Shown piece after piece: positions 46,536 to 56,557 of a stretch of DNA of 64,000 bases. Below the pieces are notes generated by a model. The model did no database searches and was not told where the DNA came from. It saw only the letters and a list, made by a program, of their open reading frames with translations. The first letter of the stretch is position 1, and each line of letters starts with the position of its first letter. The position numbers and the translations under genes were made by a program. The stretch is taken from NCBI GenBank assembly GCA_051874735.1, contig JBJEGD010000002.1, forward strand, positions 64,001 to 128,000, written 5' to 3'. Source of the stretch: Candidatus Bruticola sp. (GTDB lineage: Bacteria; Vulcanimicrobiota; Xenobia; Xenobiales; Xenobiaceae).

Positions 46536-49100
46536 ATGTATAAATTACGGATTAACGGTCAAGAATATACTGCAGAACAAGATAAAAAACTGCTGGCTTT
46601 TTTGCGCGAAGATCTACGCTTAACTGCAGCCAAAGACGGATGCAGCGAGGGAGTTTGCGGAGCCTGCACCGTATTATCCGATGGCAAAAAGATCAAAGCC
46701 TGCCTAGTTCCCCTGAGCAAATTGCAGGGCAAAAATATTATAACTGTCGAGGGTATTCCGCCGCAGGAAATGCGCATCTATGAACACTGTTTTGCTCAAG
46801 CTGGCGCAGTTCAATGCGGTTTTTGCATTCCTGGCATGATAATATCGGCAAAAAGTTTATTAGACTCCAATTTAAATCCTACTGTAAAAGAAATAAAACA
46901 GGCCATACGCGGCAATTTATGTCGTTGTACAGGATATAAAAAAATTGAGGAAGCTATACTTTTAGCCGCTGAATTTCGACGCGAAAACAAGCCTATTCCT
47001 CAACCTCTAAAATCATTGCATATGGATGAACGGGCGAAACGTATAGACGCAGCTGAAAAAATTAATGGCTCTGGTCTGTTCACCGACGATCTCTATATAG
47101 AAGGGCTCGTTTATGCCAAGATGCTTCACTCAAAATATCCCCGGGCCCGCATTAACAAAATTGATGTAAGCCGAGCGGCAGCTGATCCTCAATGCCTCAG
47201 AGTTATCACCAAAGAAGATGTGCCCTGCAATAAAATAGGCCATATCAAATCAGATTGGGATGTAATAATGGGCGCAGGTGATATTACTCGCTGTCTCAGT
47301 GACGTCCTTGCCGTTGTCGTAGCTGAAAGTAAAGACCATTTAGATCGACTTTGCTCTTTAATCGAAGTTGACTATACAGAGATGCCCCCCCTATCCAATC
47401 CTTTTGACGCTATGCGTGGAGATGCTCCGCTGATTCATCCTGACGGCAATATTATGAGCCGAGCCAATCTTATAAGAGGCGATGCAGAAACAGCTATAAA
47501 AAACTCTAAATATTCGGTGACCAGAAAATATAAAACATCGTGGCAGGAACACGCTTTTATGGAACCAGAGTGCTGTGTTGCACAGCCTCAAGAAGAGAAT
47601 GGCTTGCTAATTTATACGAGCAGCCAATCCGTTTACGATGTTAGACGGGAATGCGCCCAAATGCTTAAGCTACCGCCAGAAAACATTCACTGCCGAGCGA
47701 CTTTAGTCGGCGGAGGATTTGGGGGCAAAGAAGATATGTCTGTCCAGCAATACGCCGCTTTAGCAGCCTGGATAACCAAAAGGCCTGTCAAAGTAAAGTT
47801 TACCCGCCAAGAATCTTTAGATTATCACGTCAAACGCCATCCCATGGAAATGGAATTTACCACCGCATGCGATGAAAACGGCTTTCTCACCGGCATGAAA
47901 GCTATCATTATAGCCGATACAGGGGCCTATGCCTCTTTGGGCGGTCCAGTCCTGCATCGTGCCTGTACCCATGCCGCCGGTCCTTACAATTACCAAAATA
48001 TCGATATTTTAGGTATGTCAGTTTATACAAATAATGTTGTCTCCGGAGCCTTTCGCGGTTTTGGTGTAGCTCAAACTTGTTTTGCTACAGAAATGAACCT
48101 CAACCTGTTAGCGGAAAAAGTCGGACTTGATCCTTGGGAATTTCGCCGCCGCAATGTCATAAATCCTGGCGATACTCTACCTAATGGTCAGATTGCCGAT
48201 CCCGATACCAATATGGCAGCCTGCCTTGACGCAGTCAAAGACATTTACTATGCCAATCCCTACGCAGGCTTAGCCTGTGGCTTCAAAAATTCCGGCACAG
48301 GTATGGGTAAACGAGATATCGGGCGTGTTCTGATATCGATAGAAAACGGCCGAATTCACCTCCGCACTTCAGCTGCCTGTATGGGCCAAGGCATCGGTCA
48401 AATGGTTCTCACTGAAGTATGCCATGTGACAGAGCTTGATCCTAGCCTTTTTGTATTTGAAAATGCAGATACAGTTCGGACTCCCAATTCAGGAACTTCT
48501 ACAGCTTCACGCCAGACGGTAATGACTGGAGAAGCAGCTCGCCGCGCAGGGGAGAAATTAAAAGCGGCTCTATCGGGCGGCAAGACTATATCCGATCTGG
48601 AAGGGCAAGAATTTTTAGGTGAATATTCAGCCAAAACAGATCCTCTCGGAGCAGTGAAAGACAATCCTATCAGCCATGTTTCCTACTCTTACGGAGTTCA
48701 GGTCGTCATTCTTAATGAACAAGGGCGTATCAACAAAGTTGTTTCTGCTTTTGATGTAGGTATACCAGTAAATATTCAATCTGTAGAAGGACAAATTGAG
48801 GGGGGAATGCTTATGGGAGTAGGTTACGGAGTTACTGAAAAATTTGAGTGTATTGACAGTCGTCCTCAAAATAAATTCGCTACTCTCGGCTTAATACGCG
48901 CCCCTGAAGCGCCTGAACTTGAAGTTATAATATGCCGACCCCAAAAAGGTGATCAATCGCCTTATTCTCTTGGCGCCAAAGGATGTGGGGAGCTCTGTAT
49001 GATTCCGACCGCCCCAGCCTGTGCTCATGCTTACTACAAACTTGACGGCAAATTCAGACAAAGTTTACCTTTAACAGATACTCCTTACCAACGCCGTTAA
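46536..49100 (+). CDS. xdh: Selenium-dependent-type xanthine dehydrogenase (2x[2Fe-2S] + Mo-cofactor domain)
   Basis: GCSEGVCGAC, QCGFCIPG, GNLCRCTGY, EHAFMEPE, VGGGFGGKED, GAFRGFG, TASRQT, AKGCGE; GGGAG RBS. Confidence 0.88.
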   Translation: MYKLRINGQEYTAEQDKKLLAFLREDLRLTAAKDGCSEGVCGACTVLSDGKKIKACLVPLSKLQGKNIITVEGIPPQEMRIYEHCFAQAGAVQCGFCIPGMIISAKSLLDSNLNPTVKEIKQAIRGNLCRCTGYKKIEEAILLAAEFRRENKPIPQPLKSLHMDERAKRIDAAEKINGSGLFTDDLYIEGLVYAKMLHSKYPRARINKIDVSRAAADPQCLRVITKEDVPCNKIGHIKSDWDVIMGAGDITRCLSDVLAVVVAESKDHLDRLCSLIEVDYTEMPPLSNPFDAMRGDAPLIHPDGNIMSRANLIRGDAETAIKNSKYSVTRKYKTSWQEHAFMEPECCVAQPQEENGLLIYTSSQSVYDVRRECAQMLKLPPENIHCRATLVGGGFGGKEDMSVQQYAALAAWITKRPVKVKFTRQESLDYHVKRHPMEMEFTTACDENGFLTGMKAIIIADTGAYASLGGPVLHRACTHAAGPYNYQNIDILGMSVYTNNVVSGAFRGFGVAQTCFATEMNLNLLAEKVGLDPWEFRRRNVINPGDTLPNGQIADPDTNMAACLDAVKDIYYANPYAGLACGFKNSGTGMGKRDIGRVLISIENGRIHLRTSAACMGQGIGQMVLTEVCHVTELDPSLFVFENADTVRTPNSGTSTASRQTVMTGEAARRAGEKLKAALSGGKTISDLEGQEFLGEYSAKTDPLGAVKDNPISHVSYSYGVQVVILNEQGRINKVVSAFDVGIPVNIQSVEGQIEGGMLMGVGYGVTEKFECIDSRPQNKFATLGLIRAPEAPELEVIICRPQKGDQSPYSLGAKGCGELCMIPTAPACAHAYYKLDGKFRQSLPLTDTPYQRR

Positions 49101-49326
49101 TTTGATTATTTTCCCCAACTAAATAACTTTAACTAAAAAGCTACAGACTAGCGGTCAGACGACTAGGAGCCTATTTTAGTAATATAATTATCCTGCAAAC
49201 GGTAAAGCAGGGCTTTTAAAGCAAAGCGCAGAAGGCAGGGGAAACTTGCTGTCTAGCTCACACAAGCAGGCAGCTTTTATTTAATTTATGACTTCGCTAC
49301 GTCTGGCGATGGAGAAGAGGCATAAG

Positions 49327-49959
49327 TTGGCTAAACGAGATTATTATTTAGTTTTAGGTGTAGCGCCCATTGCTTCGCCGGAAGAGATCAAAAAAGCCTA
49401 CAGAGCGCTTTCTAAGAAGTATCATCCTGATGCCAATCCTGACATGAAGAATGAAGCCGATCAAAAAATGAAGGAGCTGATTGAAGCTTACAACATTCTA
49501 AATGATCCGGCTAAACGCAAAGAATACGATTCTCAGCCTCAGTTCAAAGTGCGTCGCTTTGCTAAATCTTCAGCTCGCACTAAAATAGACAAAGGGACTG
49601 CTGCTAGTAAGAAACCGGATACTCCAGAAGAAGCCTCTCCAATTTTGCGCTGGATTAAGAAACTTTTCAGCAAGCCTGAAAATGCTGCTAAGGAGTTCCG
49701 TGCCGATCCGAAACAAGCTGACGTCCATTTCACTCTGGGTCTTTCTATGTCAGAAACTGAAAGTTTTATGGACCAAGCTTGCCGAGAGTTCAAGCTAGCT
49801 CTTAAATTTGATCCTAATCATAAAGAAGCTTGTTATAATATGGCTCTCATGCAATACAAGACCGGCGATTTTGAAGGTGCTAAGGCTACACTGCGGCGCT
49901 GCTCAGAAATAGACTCACAAGATCCGGCTACTAGAGTAATGATTAGTCTTCTGCAGTAA
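49327..49959 (+). CDS. J-domain + TPR co-chaperone
   Basis: RDYYLVLGV...IKKAYR...YHPD...EAYNIL...KRKEYD, then two TPR-like repeats. TTG start after GAAGAGG. Confidence 0.88.
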   Translation: MAKRDYYLVLGVAPIASPEEIKKAYRALSKKYHPDANPDMKNEADQKMKELIEAYNILNDPAKRKEYDSQPQFKVRRFAKSSARTKIDKGTAASKKPDTPEEASPILRWIKKLFSKPENAAKEFRADPKQADVHFTLGLSMSETESFMDQACREFKLALKFDPNHKEACYNMALMQYKTGDFEGAKATLRRCSEIDSQDPATRVMISLLQ

Positions 49960-49986
49960 AACTATAAAAAGTCGGTGGCAGATCGC

Positions 49987-50031
49987 AACATACAAAAAGC
50001 AGGCTGTGTCACAGCCTGCTTTTTGTATGTT
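49987..50031. terminator. Bidirectional terminator (21-bp perfect inverted repeat)
   Basis: AACATACAAAAAGCAGGCTGT-GTC-ACAGCCTGCTTTTTGTATGTT. Confidence 0.9.
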
Positions 50032-51176
50032 TATTCGGCAATTGCTGTTTTAGGTTTGGGGCCAGGATATTGAAAATAATTGCAGGGGATCATTCCATTG
50101 TAAAGCTTACGTCGGCGTTGGGCCTTACTTCCAAAGCAAGCCTCAAAATCGGGATGTGAGGAAATAATATAAAAAGACCAATCTGACCTTTCTTTATAGA
50201 GGCCACCTAAAACGGCGTATAAATATTCCGCTTCTTCAATGTCTAAAAGGCGCTCTCCATAAGGAGGGTTAGTAATCAGCACTCCATATTTAGCAGAAGA
50301 AGCGAAGTCTCGAATATCCCGTTCCTGAAAATTAATACCTCTACCTTCCAAACCACATTGCTGCAAATGGAGACGAGCCAGCTTCAAAGTTTTGGCGTTG
50401 TTGTCGAATCCAGCAATATGCAACTTAGTATTACGATCTAACAGATCTTCAGCTTCCTCCAAAGCCCGCTTCCAAACTTGGCTGCTAATAAATGGCCAAC
50501 TTTCAGAGGCAAATTTTCTAGTTAAGCCAGGAGCCATATTCAAGCCTATCATAGCAGCTTCCAGACAGATGGTACCTGAACCGCAAAAAGGATCTATAAG
50601 CACGCGATCTTTATTCCAAAAACTTAGCTGTACTAAACCAGCAGCCAACGTTTCTCTCAGAGGAGCAGGAGCATTCCAAGTACGATACCCGCGTTTGTGC
50701 AACCCCGAGCCAGAAGTGTCCAAAAGCACTTCGCATTCATCATTGGCTAAAAAAACCTTAATAGGAAAATGGGCCCCATTTTCATCTAGAATTGTTCTGC
50801 GATAGCTAGACTGCATAATTTCAACTACAGCCTTTTTAGCCGTCCTCTGAATAGCCGGCAAACTGGTAAGCTTCGACTTGTAGGTGTGGGCGTCTACTGG
50901 GAATTCGGCGTTAACAGGCATAAGTTCAGCCCAAGGTATTTTTTTTAGGCCCCAAAATAGTTCTTCAAAATTTGAACAGGGAAACTTCTTAAGGCTCCAC
51001 CACACACGATCAGCACTGCGCAACCACAAATTAGCACGGCAAATGTCGGCTTCTTCACCTACAAAACGAATCCGTCCGTTTTCAGAATGGACTTTATCCA
51101 TATTTAGCTTCTCTAATTCGCGAGCGACAACAGACTCTAATCCTAAAGCACAGGAGGCTATCAAATTAAATTTCAT
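50031..51176 (-). CDS. THUMP-domain SAM-dependent RNA methyltransferase (RlmL/YpsC family)
   Basis: RANLWLRSADR, DTSGSGLHKRGYR, APLRETLAA, DPFCGSGT, ITNPPYGERL, RRKLYNG. Confidence 0.93.
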   Translation of the reverse strand: MKFNLIASCALGLESVVARELEKLNMDKVHSENGRIRFVGEEADICRANLWLRSADRVWWSLKKFPCSNFEELFWGLKKIPWAELMPVNAEFPVDAHTYKSKLTSLPAIQRTAKKAVVEIMQSSYRRTILDENGAHFPIKVFLANDECEVLLDTSGSGLHKRGYRTWNAPAPLRETLAAGLVQLSFWNKDRVLIDPFCGSGTICLEAAMIGLNMAPGLTRKFASESWPFISSQVWKRALEEAEDLLDRNTKLHIAGFDNNAKTLKLARLHLQQCGLEGRGINFQERDIRDFASSAKYGVLITNPPYGERLLDIEEAEYLYAVLGGLYKERSDWSFYIISSHPDFEACFGSKAQRRRKLYNGMIPCNYFQYPGPKPKTAIAE

Positions 51177-51439
51177 ATTATTTGCCTTACAATACTCTGT
51201 TCTGCTCCGGATTATTTTCCAGCTTACAACTGGACAAAGTACGCAGCAGATTTTTATAACAAAATTTATTTCAGCTGCAGAACAGGATCACTAAAAATAT
51301 ATTAAAATTCCCAGAGCCGGGGTAAATTAAACTACTAACGCTCCTCTCCCTGCTATTTAGCAGAGTAATGAACGCTTAACAAAAAGGTTATATTTAGCTG
51401 CATCTAACTCGAATACAAAAAGAAAGTGTCACTTAATTT

Positions 51440-51916
51440 ATGAAGAAAAAGAAGCTTATCTATTTCAATATACTTATCTTGTTAATTATAGGCTTTGTCA
51501 TGTCTTGTTGGGGAGCCAGTGCCAAAGCAGATGAGGTAAAATACACTATAAGACTAGCCGCTCCGGGCATGACGCCAGAAGAAGTAATAAAAGCCGTCGG
51601 TCAGCCCACTTTTAAAGCCAAAAAGAATCAGTCCTGGCACTATCGTAAAAAGCCTAACGCTCCTGTCAATTTAAGCGATCCCCAAATAACTTTCAAAGAC
51701 AACTGCGCTTATGTTATTATCGGAGGTCAATTAGAAGCTAACGCAGTTACCATTCTTTCACGCGGAGACCGAGAAAATAAAATAAGTGAAGTCTTAGGCA
51801 AAGCTGATAAGATAGAAACAGGGGAAATGCCCAAGGTAAAAATATATTACTACCATAAATTAGCATTGCAGATCGTGACCCATAACGGTCAAGTCATGGT
51901 TATGCGCTTCAACTAG
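51440..51916 (+). CDS. Secreted protein with two BamE/SmpA-like repeats
   Basis: Signal peptide; PGMTPEEVIKAVGQP...WHY and RGDRENKISEVLGKAD...YYY. Confidence 0.6.
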   Translation: MKKKKLIYFNILILLIIGFVMSCWGASAKADEVKYTIRLAAPGMTPEEVIKAVGQPTFKAKKNQSWHYRKKPNAPVNLSDPQITFKDNCAYVIIGGQLEANAVTILSRGDRENKISEVLGKADKIETGEMPKVKIYYYHKLALQIVTHNGQVMVMRFN

Positions 51917-51944
51917 ATATAGAAGCAGCTCAAAGCAGTACTAT

Positions 51945-52769
51945 TTACCTTAAGCAGCATAAGGCCGCCCCCAACCAGAGCAGCCACGCTTCATTTAACT
52001 CTTTAGAAGCTCCTAGAACGTCGCCGGTGACTCCTTCAAGTCGGCGACGGCTAATATAGCTAATTAGCCAAGTTAAGCAAATGCCTGACAGCATTAGGAC
52101 AGCGGCCTCTTCCTTATAGATTAGGCCTTCGCAACGGCCATAAAGACAGCTAGCAATAGTGGCTGCAGTAAAGAAAATTAAAGCGGAGACCAAGACATGA
52201 ACGGGCTTAGTTTCACTGACAACATTGCCAGCCAAACTCTCATTTTCACGGGCATATTTATTAAAGGCAGCCTGCGCTACCATAAACAAACTGGCTGCAG
52301 GTGGAATTAAAATGAGCCAGTCCCAAGCTCTAAAGTAAAATAGCACTGCTGCTCCACTTATTTTTGCAGCTATCACTAATATTAAAGCTATAGTGCCGAA
52401 TGACCCGATATGAGAGTCTTTCATAATGCGCAGCGTATTCTCTTTAGTCCATCCTCCTCCCCAACCATCAAAGGAGTCAGCTAAACCATCCAGATGAAAT
52501 CCTCTACTCAGAAACGCAGCGGCAGCAGTGTAGGCGATTCCCGCTAAAACAGATACAAAAGCGGCAGCTATGTCTGAAGCAGGATGGCCCAGCTGAAAAA
52601 GCAGCCATCCTGGCAGCAGAGAAACTAAACTAACAACTAACCCCACTAAGGGGCTCCACATTAATACTTGGCCATAATTGCTGGAGTTTTCTCCCCAACA
52701 GGGCATAATGCTCAAAATTCTGAAGGCCGAGGCTATCCCCCACAACTCACACAGACTCTTTTTATTCAT
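51945..52769 (-). CDS. cobS: Adenosylcobinamide-GDP ribazoletransferase
   Basis: PLVGL, GFHLDGLADSFDG, LRIMKDSHIGSFG, GVTGDVLGA. Confidence 0.93.
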   Translation of the reverse strand: MNKKSLCELWGIASAFRILSIMPCWGENSSNYGQVLMWSPLVGLVVSLVSLLPGWLLFQLGHPASDIAAAFVSVLAGIAYTAAAAFLSRGFHLDGLADSFDGWGGGWTKENTLRIMKDSHIGSFGTIALILVIAAKISGAAVLFYFRAWDWLILIPPAASLFMVAQAAFNKYARENESLAGNVVSETKPVHVLVSALIFFTAATIASCLYGRCEGLIYKEEAAVLMLSGICLTWLISYISRRRLEGVTGDVLGASKELNEAWLLWLGAALCCLR

Positions 52770-52812
52770 AATTTTCCTTAAATTCGTCAACCTGTACAGG
52801 ATTAACGAAAGC

Positions 52813-53424
52813 TTAAATTAGCTGCTGGGGCGGATAATTCCGCCCTGGTCTATCCGTACTGGGGGTTGCTTTTAATGTAAGCGGAAGTCCAGCTACAATC
52901 AGTACAACTTGATCGGCCAAAGAAGCTATATATTGATTGAGACGCCCTTGGCGATCGCGAAAAAGACGCGATTCAGCTTGAGCCGGTACGAGTCCCCATC
53001 CCAATTCGCTGGAAACAATAACCAAATCGAAGGGTAATTTTACCAAAGTCTGCCCAAAAAGTTTTATTTCTGGAAAACAATCTAAACTATCATCAGTATA
53101 GGTTGCTATTTTGTCCTGTTTTTCAAGAGTTGCACGATAGGTCAGATTACCTAACCAAGTGGTTAAGCAATCTATAAGTACCACTTTAGTACCATTTTTT
53201 ATACTTAAAAGAGCTTTGTCTAAATTGTAAGCTTCTTCAAGCGTATAAAAAAGACCGTGCCTTCTCTCTTGATGTTTTTTTATACGCTCGGCCATTTCCT
53301 CATCGCAGGCAACTCCAGCAGCCAGATAGCAACGCTGGGAAGCCTCTTCTGCTAAAGACACAGCGTAATTTTCAGCCCAACCACTTTTACCGCTGCGGGC
53401 TCCTCCAAGGACTAACGTAATCAT
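52813..53424 (-). CDS. cobU: Bifunctional adenosylcobinamide kinase/phosphate guanylyltransferase
   Basis: LGGARSGKS, EMAERIKKHQERR, IDCLTTW, ELGWGLVP...RLFRD...GRLNQ, VAGLP. Confidence 0.95.
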   Translation of the reverse strand: MITLVLGGARSGKSGWAENYAVSLAEEASQRCYLAAGVACDEEMAERIKKHQERRHGLFYTLEEAYNLDKALLSIKNGTKVVLIDCLTTWLGNLTYRATLEKQDKIATYTDDSLDCFPEIKLFGQTLVKLPFDLVIVSSELGWGLVPAQAESRLFRDRQGRLNQYIASLADQVVLIVAGLPLTLKATPSTDRPGRNYPPQQLI

Positions 53425-53456
53425 AAATAATTAAAACCTCAAAGCCGAATCACCCT

Positions 53457-54344
53457 TTATTCAAAGCCTATAAAATTGGCTAATTTAGGATGAGAAGATA
53501 AGGCCAGTTCATGATGGCTGCCACAAAATTCTCTAAGACACTGATACCACTCGTTCGGTGAAAAAACTTCGAAAGTTAACGGCAATTTCCGTATTCTTCC
53601 CCAACAGTCAGCATGTCCAAATTTAGATTTTTGGTTTAAAAAATTGACTAAAGCAGATGAAAAAAGACTCAAGTCAGTCTTATTGTCTGTCTGTATAGCT
53701 ATATGATCAATTCCGGAATACTTCTGCACCCCATGCAAATGGAGAGCTCCTAATCTGGGCCATATTTTAGACCAAAAATTAGAAGAAATACTGCCATTCT
53801 TCCAAGCATGGCCCAAATCGAGACACACAGATAACCCTAAACGATTAATCAACGGCCAAATTAAAGTGTAGTCGTAACACAAATTCTCTACGCAGAGCAG
53901 ATCCGGCTGCAGCAGTCTCATATTTAAAAAGGCTTCAGCCATACATTCAGTAACTTCCAGCCAGCTTTGCAAATCGGCAGCTGGGCACTTAGATAAAGCT
54001 TCTGATTCCCAATGCCAAATATAGGCCCGAGGATTAAGACAGCTAAGAGCTTCTGCAGCCCTGCGCCATTCATTCAGAACCTGCTGCTGCCATCTCTTAT
54101 GTAAAGGATGAACGTTCAATGAAGCCGGCAAATGTACAGTATAGCTGCAGCTAAAACGCTCAGCCAGATCAACCATTTCCTGCAGTTCCGAAGGGCTGGG
54201 ATAATTGCTTAAACCGTCGTACTCATAAACAATAATTTCAATATTGTCAACATAAGGAGCCAGACGGCGCACATTGTCAATAATAGGAGCTTCCCAAGTA
54301 CACCCGGAAGCCCCTACAGCCAGACGTTGCCAAATAGAATCCAC
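53457..54344 (-). CDS. cbiR: Cobamide-remodelling phosphodiesterase CbiR (AP endonuclease 2 / TIM-barrel family)
   Basis: NIEIIVYE, YTVHLP, CVENL, CLDLGH, LHLHG, DH, TFEVFS; located between cobT and cobU. Confidence 0.78.
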   Translation of the reverse strand: MDSIWQRLAVGASGCTWEAPIIDNVRRLAPYVDNIEIIVYEYDGLSNYPSPSELQEMVDLAERFSCSYTVHLPASLNVHPLHKRWQQQVLNEWRRAAEALSCLNPRAYIWHWESEALSKCPAADLQSWLEVTECMAEAFLNMRLLQPDLLCVENLCYDYTLIWPLINRLGLSVCLDLGHAWKNGSISSNFWSKIWPRLGALHLHGVQKYSGIDHIAIQTDNKTDLSLFSSALVNFLNQKSKFGHADCWGRIRKLPLTFEVFSPNEWYQCLREFCGSHHELALSSHPKLANFIGFE

Positions 54345-54369
54345 CTTTACAAAACTGCCTCAGTTTTTC

Positions 54370-55449
54370 TTAATTTGCCTTTTGTGCTTTGGCCTCCAAG
54401 ATTGTGCCTCCGACATCTCCCATTCCTTCTTCTTCAGAGCTAGTTACCTCATTAAAAATAGCTAAGGCTTCTTCAATTAAAGGCCAAGCTAAAATAGCTC
54501 CGGAGCCCTCGCCTAAACATAATCCCAAACGCAACAGAGGAGTAAGTCCCAAATACTCCAACTGCAATCTATGCGCAGGCTCATTAGATTGATGAGCGGC
54601 AATCATATATGGACGTATACGGCTATCAATTAAATCTGCCACTAACAAAGCAGCCGTAACAATAACTCCATCAACAATTATAACTAAACCACGTCCCGCC
54701 GCCTCTAACGCACCACCAGCAATAAAGGCCAATTCAGCTCCACCCATGCGGGCCATTAAATCGATAGGATCATCTACACTGCGACTGCGCTCCATAATGC
54801 GCTTGACAACTTCCCGCTTAGCAGCTAAAGCGGTGCTACTCAATCCAGTTCCTTCACCGACCACGCTTTCAACATTCAAGTTTAAAATATGTCCAGTCAA
54901 CGCTGCCGATGGAGTAGTGTTAGATATGCCCATTTCACCGAAGATAACGGATTTTGCCCCCATATCAGCTTGCTTAGCAACAATATCGCGGCCATGTTCA
55001 AAACACTTGAGACACTCTTCCCTGGTCATAGCATCTTCTAAACTTATATCGCCAGTGCCGAATACAACCTTACAATTTACAATACCGTCTTGGGGAACGA
55101 AATTATGCTTTACCCCTACATCAGCCAAAATAAGAGGTAAGCCGTGTTTTTTAGCAAAAAGGCCGGCTACACCACCTCCAGAGACTAAGCTAAGACTATG
55201 CTGCCAAGTAACAGCCTGCGGCGCATAACTCACTTTTTGGGCAAAAACTCCGTGATCGCCAGCTCCTATAATGACCGTGGGTTTGCCTAAATCAGGCTTA
55301 AGACTGCGCTGTAAACAAGCTATCTTAACAGCAACTTTTTCCAATTCGCCCATAGAACGAGGGGGAATACTTTTGTGATTGAGATGTTCCCAACATTGCT
55401 CAGCAAAAGTTTCATCTACAGGTAAAACAGGGGTGTAGCTAAAAGACAT
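54370..55449 (-). CDS. cobT: Nicotinate-nucleotide--dimethylbenzimidazole phosphoribosyltransferase
   Basis: SMGELE, AGDHGV, GEMGISNTTPSAA, VGEGTG, VDGVI, LGEGSGA. Confidence 0.93.
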   Translation of the reverse strand: MSFSYTPVLPVDETFAEQCWEHLNHKSIPPRSMGELEKVAVKIACLQRSLKPDLGKPTVIIGAGDHGVFAQKVSYAPQAVTWQHSLSLVSGGGVAGLFAKKHGLPLILADVGVKHNFVPQDGIVNCKVVFGTGDISLEDAMTREECLKCFEHGRDIVAKQADMGAKSVIFGEMGISNTTPSAALTGHILNLNVESVVGEGTGLSSTALAAKREVVKRIMERSRSVDDPIDLMARMGGAELAFIAGGALEAAGRGLVIIVDGVIVTAALLVADLIDSRIRPYMIAAHQSNEPAHRLQLEYLGLTPLLRLGLCLGEGSGAILAWPLIEEALAIFNEVTSSEEEGMGDVGGTILEAKAQKAN

Positions 55450-55481
55450 GCGCAAAAATTCTCCATCATGACAAAATAAAT

Positions 55482-55505
55482 AAAAAAAACAGCCCTTAAG
55501 GCTGT
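55482..55505 (-). terminator. Short intrinsic terminator between the DsrH-like gene and cobT
   Basis: ACAGCC-TTAAG-GGCTGT followed by TTTTTTT on the minus strand. Confidence 0.6.
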
Positions 55506-55512
55506 CTGAATG

Positions 55513-55791
55513 CTAACTGAAATTGTACACTTTGTGCTCCAACAATATTTCTACCATTTCGGCCGCACTCACCAAATATAAGCCCTCTCCGCTCTTATTA
55601 CCTACCCCCATAGCCTCTGCCTCCTCACGCAAAGCGTAAATTTTGCGCTTAGCGAACATAGCTGCAGGCAACAAAAGACCGCGCCCTACTAAGAAAATAT
55701 CGGCGTCGTTGCAATAGCCCAACATGCGACGGGCTTCTACAATAGAATCGCGCCCAACAATGAAAAGATCATTTTTTTTGTCCGTACCCAT
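55513..55791 (-). CDS. DsrH/TusB-like sulfur relay protein
   Basis: IFLVGRGL...IYALREEAEAMGV...EMVEILLEHK; third gene of the triad. Confidence 0.6.
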   Translation of the reverse strand: MGTDKKNDLFIVGRDSIVEARRMLGYCNDADIFLVGRGLLLPAAMFAKRKIYALREEAEAMGVGNKSGEGLYLVSAAEMVEILLEHKVYNFS

Positions 55792-55798
55792 GTTCACC

Positions 55799-56170
55799 CT
55801 AAAGCCTCAAATGCATATCAGATTTTTTAATAAGCTCAGCCAGTTCTTCAGGCGAAATAACTGCACAGCCCGAGAACAAACTATCCTCAAGCATGCCTCT
55901 TATTTCTAAACTGTATTTATCTGCCCAGAAGCCGACGCCACGGCTTTTAGCAGAAGTCATATAAGGCACGACTGATTCGGTCAGCTGCGAAGCCACACAT
56001 TCAGTAACACCGTCGCCGATAAAAACTATATCCAAATTGTGATCAGACAGGCCCCCCACTAGACCAACAGCAAAAGTTAGCACACTTATCAGACTGTCAG
56101 GTGCATAACTAGCTCTATTGACAAACAAAACAATATGTTTGGACTTATATTCACAAGGATAGTCGATCAT
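55799..56170 (-). CDS. DsrF/TusC-like protein
   Basis: RASYA, IVFIGDGV, DKYSLEIRGM, ISPEELAELI; ATGA overlap with the upstream gene. Confidence 0.72.
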   Translation of the reverse strand: MIDYPCEYKSKHIVLFVNRASYAPDSLISVLTFAVGLVGGLSDHNLDIVFIGDGVTECVASQLTESVVPYMTSAKSRGVGFWADKYSLEIRGMLEDSLFSGCAVISPEELAELIKKSDMHLRL

Positions 56171-56520
56171 AAGCACACCACCTGATCCGCCTGCCCGGCC
56201 ATTTTGGCAATTTCCTCAAAAGTGACCACTCTGACGCCGCTGCAGACGTCTTCAATAGCTACTCCACGAGATTCTAAACAAGGGCTGCTGACTAGAACAT
56301 CGACGCCGACATAAACAAACTTTTCCAATTTTTGCAGAAAATCGCCCTCATCTTCCTTCCTGCGCTTTTGCCTGCGCATGCACTGGTAAACGCCGTCGGC
56401 AGCAAATAGTATGCATACACTGTGTTCTTTCTCCAAGGCCGCTGCAGTCAACAAAGAAAGAGTTCTGGAACCAGTACTGGCACTCAACGAGCGAGTTACC
56501 ATAAAACCTAGTTTAGCCAC
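56167..56520 (-). CDS. DsrE/TusD-like protein
   Basis: ALEKEHSVCILFAADGVY, SSPCLESRGV, ADQVVCL; GGAGG RBS. Confidence 0.75.
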   Translation of the reverse strand: MAKLGFMVTRSLSASTGSRTLSLLTAAALEKEHSVCILFAADGVYQCMRRQKRRKEDEGDFLQKLEKFVYVGVDVLVSSPCLESRGVAIEDVCSGVRVVTFEEIAKMAGQADQVVCL

Positions 56521-56557
56521 CTAAAAACCTCCTGCGCTTAAATCTAAATTTCCGATA

